From positions 112,306 through 176,305 of IMG/VR virus record IMGVR_UViG_3300044606_000144: 64,000 nt of DNA; one strand, given 5' to 3'. Below, piece after piece: positions 59,832 to 64,000 of the stretch. Source of the DNA: a virus. Made by a program: the position numbers and the translations under genes. How positions within the stretch are numbered: position 1 is the first letter of the stretch; every line of letters begins with the position of its first letter. The notes below the pieces were generated by a model. The model was given only the letters and a program-made list of their open reading frames with translations. It did no database searches and had not been told where the DNA came from.

Positions 59832-60950
59832 CTATCCATTTTTAATCATTTCAGACATGTCGGAGTACAATTTAATCCAACGTTCATGATAATTACCCTC
59901 TAATACAATAATCTGATTATATTTATCTTCCCCATAAAAACTAAGATATTTTTTTAACAACATCTCATTTAACTCAATTCGATTGTTCTTATGTCTGCGT
60001 AGACCATCATCAATCCATGGAACATTTGGGGACAGGAAATATATTGAATCAAATGTGTCTTTATAGTGTAGATTGAAAGCATTTAAAACTGATAGAGTTA
60101 CATTTTCATTAACTGGACGATTCAATTCTTCAGAATATAAAAGATAATAATACCAAGTAACCACGATGTCTGTATCAAAGAAGCAGATTTTATTACAGGT
60201 TTTCATCGCATGCTCATTTGCTTCAACCTGAAGATCAATAATATTTAAATAATCTTCGTCTGTGATATACCTTTCATCCTTAACTTTCTGTTCAACATAA
60301 ATTCGACCCATCTCTTCAGCCCATGATGTATGGTATACTTTAGCCATCGCCTTCGTAAGAGTCGTCTTGCCACAAGATTCTGTGCCTGTTATTAGAATCT
60401 TTTTAGAAAAGAATTTTCTTGCAGATCCAGCAATATAATCCCAATATTGAAGAGGATTTTTACGGATAAGTGTTCCAGACACTGGATACCTAGACATTTG
60501 CTTATCAAAGTATTGGACCTTACAACCAGGAAAGCGGTTCTGGTAGCCAAGGACATCTTGACTTTCTCCAGTGAATATGGTAACATCATTATCTTCCATC
60601 CAGACTGAATCAGCCAACCTGAGATCATACTCTGCTTTTAGATGCTCTTTTAATTCTAGTGACCACTGATTCCAACCTAAAGGATATTCGTCAACTAAAA
60701 GAGATTCCTTTAATATTGATACATAAATATTGTTAAATCCATTTAACTCGGTTATAAGCCAGCGCAATCGTAAGTCTGAAGGTATGTACTTCAGATTGTT
60801 CTCAGCACTCAACCTACGATCAAAACGATCATTATCACATACAACAACATAGAGTTTATCAACTTGTGTATACGAGTTAAAGATATGAGAAAGATGACCC
60901 CGATGCAATGGTAAGAACTTACCAACAACGATGCCAATCTTTGTTTTCAT
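59832..60950 (-). CDS. nadR: NadR-type NMN adenylyltransferase / ribosylnicotinamide kinase
   Basis: GKFLPLHRGH, SGTLIR, GTESCGKTT, DTD, W.DDGLR; next to pnuC. Confidence 0.92.
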   Translation of the reverse strand: MKTKIGIVVGKFLPLHRGHLSHIFNSYTQVDKLYVVVCDNDRFDRRLSAENNLKYIPSDLRLRWLITELNGFNNIYVSILKESLLVDEYPLGWNQWSLELKEHLKAEYDLRLADSVWMEDNDVTIFTGESQDVLGYQNRFPGCKVQYFDKQMSRYPVSGTLIRKNPLQYWDYIAGSARKFFSKKILITGTESCGKTTLTKAMAKVYHTSWAEEMGRIYVEQKVKDERYITDEDYLNIIDLQVEANEHAMKTCNKICFFDTDIVVTWYYYLLYSEELNRPVNENVTLSVLNAFNLHYKDTFDSIYFLSPNVPWIDDGLRRHKNNRIELNEMLLKKYLSFYGEDKYNQIIVLEGNYHERWIKLYSDMSEMIKNG

Positions 60951-60951
60951 A

Positions 60952-61778
60952 TTACTTTACCTCCTTTGCATCCTTAGTCCACTTATAGTAACCATAGAAA
61001 CTGTTAATCAAAAAACCAACCCACATTATGACGATCGGTGTAACCCAAGATATAGAAGATGGATCCTCAATTACTACAATAACCCACATGAAAATTGTTA
61101 TAATATTGGTTAAGATCCAGAATAACCATTGCTGCGAGAATGCCATCGCCATCAAGATTTGTCCAATAATTTGCAAGACTTCTGTTGATGAATCTAGAAT
61201 TGGTCCAAGTAAAGCAAATCCAGTAACCTTAGTGATACTCTCATAAATTGAAGCATTCCTTTTCATCACTGTTACAAACCAACTATCTACTCCAGACAAA
61301 AATATTCCGAATCCAATCAAGGCTAAAATTGATATAATTGTAGTTATTGCAACACCGGTTTTGGACATGATTTTTGGATTAATATATATTTTTGATAGTG
61401 GATTCATATGGTATTTCTTCCACATATACCAGCCAATAAACTGAAATGGTAAAAAGAAAAACCAATTTAAAATCCAGTCTCCATAATACCCACTAACCCA
61501 AGCAATCGCTCCATACATTAACGCGTTGACAAATCCCCAATAATAATTTGTGATATTCTCTTTAGCTACAAGAACGACACAAATTATTCCTGTTATTGAA
61601 GCTAGTGGAGATATTACCCAATTCAAGATCCAACTATAAAGATCTTTACTGGTGTGGTATAAGAAAAGTAAAAAGTTGATGCCATTATCATTGTTATGAC
61701 AATAGTAACCAACTTCTTTTCAAATGAACTCCAGCCTGAAAAATCTATTTTCCGATATATTGCAATAACAGTATCCAT
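60952..61778 (-). CDS. pnuC: nicotinamide riboside transporter, frameshifted near 61650
   Basis: multi-TM protein with GIICVVLVAK..NYYWG, QFIGWYMW, DS, QW..W; N-terminus from ATG 61778 lies in another frame. Confidence 0.85.
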
Positions 61779-61791
61779 CTAAATTCCCTCC

Positions 61792-62820
61792 TTAAAAAGT
61801 TTCATCAATAATATTTAGGAAATTTTCACGGATTAGCTGAGAAACTTCCTTATTAAACCACTTGCCAATGCGCTTGGATTCGTTAGATTCTAATGTATCC
61901 ATCTCACCTTCATATTCCTTATTATAGTCCTTCATTACATCAATTGACATTTCCTTCATTAAAAGACCAAAATCCTTCTGAGTAATTACTCCAATGTGAG
62001 AAATAACATTACGAAGGCGATTTTCTGTAACAAATTTGTTGATATGTTCTTGAACTAAAGTTGCAGCTTCAGATAGATCTGGCAACGGTTCGCGAACTTT
62101 CTGATTCTTAGTTTCAGAAAATTTGTCGTTTTTATTCTTAATAATAACACGATCACCATTACCAAAGGTCTTATAATTTTCTGGCTTAATAACTACACCT
62201 TCACAAATATTATTTTCAATATCAGGAAGACCTAACATTGTTGGTACGGTTGAATTAAACTGATTTTGGTAGTTTAAGCAATCATGAAAGGCTCCTTCAA
62301 ACAAGATTGGAATAAAAGGCATTCCAGTATCTCGGAAGATCGCGTAAGCCTTATGAATATCTACATAGAAGTAAGAACCATCCTTGTTGTTTACAACCAA
62401 ATCATAGGCAATAAAATCATTATCAGGACGATAAAATACCCGGCCCTGGATTGACTTTGCCTTGGTGTTACGAGGAACATCCGGATGAGGATAACTTCCA
62501 CCGTAGTCTTCACCATATACGATAATTGAATTGATATCACCAAAGACATCCTTGCATACCTTGAAGATTTCCTTTACAATAGGAATATACTTATCTTTAT
62601 AGAAGGAAACTCCACCAAAATTTTCATTATCGGCAATCAAACATGTCCTCTTTGCCATACGTACGGTTTCCCCATTAGTTACAAATGAAAGATTCTGTCC
62701 ATCAATCTTTTCTGTAACTGTCCATACTCCACCATTAAGACCTTCCATCTTAATCTGGTCAATATACTTATCGCGATAGCTATTTTCTATTTCGTTATAC
62801 TTCTTCCAATTTAAACTCAT
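61792..62820 (-). CDS. Rnl2-family RNA ligase
   Basis: Y.EIEN, TEKIDGQN, YGEDYGG, F.AYD, EGVVIKP, IKNKN.KF.E, T.NRL.NVIS. Confidence 0.9.
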   Translation of the reverse strand: MSLNWKKYNEIENSYRDKYIDQIKMEGLNGGVWTVTEKIDGQNLSFVTNGETVRMAKRTCLIADNENFGGVSFYKDKYIPIVKEIFKVCKDVFGDINSIIVYGEDYGGSYPHPDVPRNTKAKSIQGRVFYRPDNDFIAYDLVVNNKDGSYFYVDIHKAYAIFRDTGMPFIPILFEGAFHDCLNYQNQFNSTVPTMLGLPDIENNICEGVVIKPENYKTFGNGDRVIIKNKNDKFSETKNQKVREPLPDLSEAATLVQEHINKFVTENRLRNVISHIGVITQKDFGLLMKEMSIDVMKDYNKEYEGEMDTLESNESKRIGKWFNKEVSQLIRENFLNIIDETF

Positions 62821-63324
62821 ATTAATTTCCTTTCTTAATGTTCAAAACCATAAAGTCGGCGGATTTTAGATATATCTGATATTGTAGTTATAACTACAAA
62901 GCCAGGAATGCAACCCCATCTACCAATTGCTCTCTTCTCACAATCTGTTTTTGTTCCTTCATTCAGAATTGTAATGGATCCATTCATATTAATAGTTGCT
63001 AGATAATACTTCCTAGACATTAATTATACCTCCACATAGACATCAGATTTCATTATTGGTTTAACGGAAGCTTTAAATGTATCTAAGTTCATATTGATTA
63101 TGGTTTTTGAATTAACATCCATAACCTGGACCTGTGCATCCAAGTCCCAATTATAAGTAAATTTAAACTTTACTTCACCCTCACGGATTCCCTGAAGGGC
63201 CGAAGACCAGTTGCCACTAAACCACTTATGGATCCTAGTTTTCTTAATCTTTTTCATTCCAACACCCTCCAGTCCTTGTCCGACAAGGATATTATATCAC
63301 AATCTATGGCAAAAGTAAACGGCT

Positions 63325-63354
63325 AAAATAAAAGAGACCTGTTAAAGGTCTCTT
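63325..63354 (-). terminator. intrinsic terminator followed by promoter 63291-63319
   Basis: AAGAGACCT/AGGTCTCTTTTATTTT. Confidence 0.8.
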
Positions 63355-63514
63355 AATATTTCGTACAAAATTTTCTTTTTAATGCCACTCTAAATATACT
63401 GTGCCTTCTCCGCGTTCAGCCGCTTCTAGAGCTTCTATTGTTTCGTCATTTAACACGACATCCTGCTTAGCAGCTCTTTCTTTTAGTTTTTCTATATTTT
63501 CATCAATTGATATG

Positions 63515-63763
63515 TTAGTCAATTAACTTCGCCATGTCATCAGGAGAAGGATCTTCCATTTCTCCTTTAAGCTTTTCTTCCATTTTAGCTAATTCAATAT
63601 AATAATCAGGAAATTCGTCGAGATGATCTTTAGCAATTATCTTTGCAATCTTATCATCATCAGTATGTTCATGTTCAACTTTTATCCCAGCTTTAAGCTG
63701 TTCAGGATCATAATCTGAATCAGATCTATCATCTGAACCATTAATAGTTAATTTGTGCGCCAT
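63515..63763 (-). CDS. small phage protein (DUF5661-like)
   Basis: GIKVEHEHT..IAKDHL.E.PDYY..L..ME. Confidence 0.75.
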   Translation of the reverse strand: MAHKLTINGSDDRSDSDYDPEQLKAGIKVEHEHTDDDKIAKIIAKDHLDEFPDYYIELAKMEEKLKGEMEDPSPDDMAKLID

Positions 63764-64000
63764 AATAATTATTCTCCAATCTTATTATATATATTTCTTA
63801 TTGCACTATTACTACGACTTAAATCTTCTTTAAAATATTCATATTCAATCATTAAGCAGGGTTCATCTGTCCAATACTCTAAACTTTCTGTATATGCTTT
63901 TGTCAACATTGATGAATTAATCAATTTATATTGAGATGACGATTCAAGCATACTATTAAAACTAGATAATATTTCCTTAAATAATTTAGCGCTGTTATAT

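Noticed and set aside
1201..61246. Short plus-strand and nested ORFs overlapping minus-strand genes or tRNAs (e.g. 2205..2489, 16071..16433, 27510..27746, 32846..33031)
   Set aside because: Shadow ORFs without SD or motifs, overlapping better-supported features.
1..64000. Genome-wide stop-codon reassignment
   Set aside because: Long conserved genes are intact in code 11, several end in TAG or TGA at expected positions, and no CTA/TCA-anticodon tRNA is in the window; only one in-frame TAG was seen.

Overview
AT-rich segment of a large (probably jumbo) tailed-phage genome; almost all genes are on the minus strand. Strong Shine-Dalgarno sites and TG-extended sigma70/sigmaA promoters hint at a Bacillota-like host (inference). 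No structural or replication core is present. This is an accessory RNA/NAD island. It encodes NAD salvage (pncA, pncB, nadR, frameshifted pnuC, NADAR), RNA repair (Rnl1, two Rnl2-type ligases, HD-kinase, two nucleotidyltransferases), DNA ligase, glycosyltransferases and many small hypotheticals. It also carries a Ro60/TROVE gene preceded by a tandem array of Y-RNA-like hairpins, and roughly 25 tRNA genes plus many tRNA halves and non-canonical tRNA-like RNAs. The most striking structure is a set of endonuclease-bearing elements that attack tRNA genes. (A) Six paralogous antisense Zn-finger/PD-(D/E)XK genes all start at a T-loop (TTCRA) and end in a decaying mini-tRNA. (B) Cassettes of endonuclease plus an intact tRNA sit inside a tRNA gene of the same amino-acid specificity (clear for Leu and Lys; probable for Asn, Ile, Thr). 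Also notable: two tRNA-Arg genes whose D-loop is relocated 3' of the anticodon arm, an orphaned group I intron, a TAAACTTAA motif upstream of every endonuclease, and a shared PSDMD peptide motif in unrelated small proteins. All calls were made by eye, without database searches.
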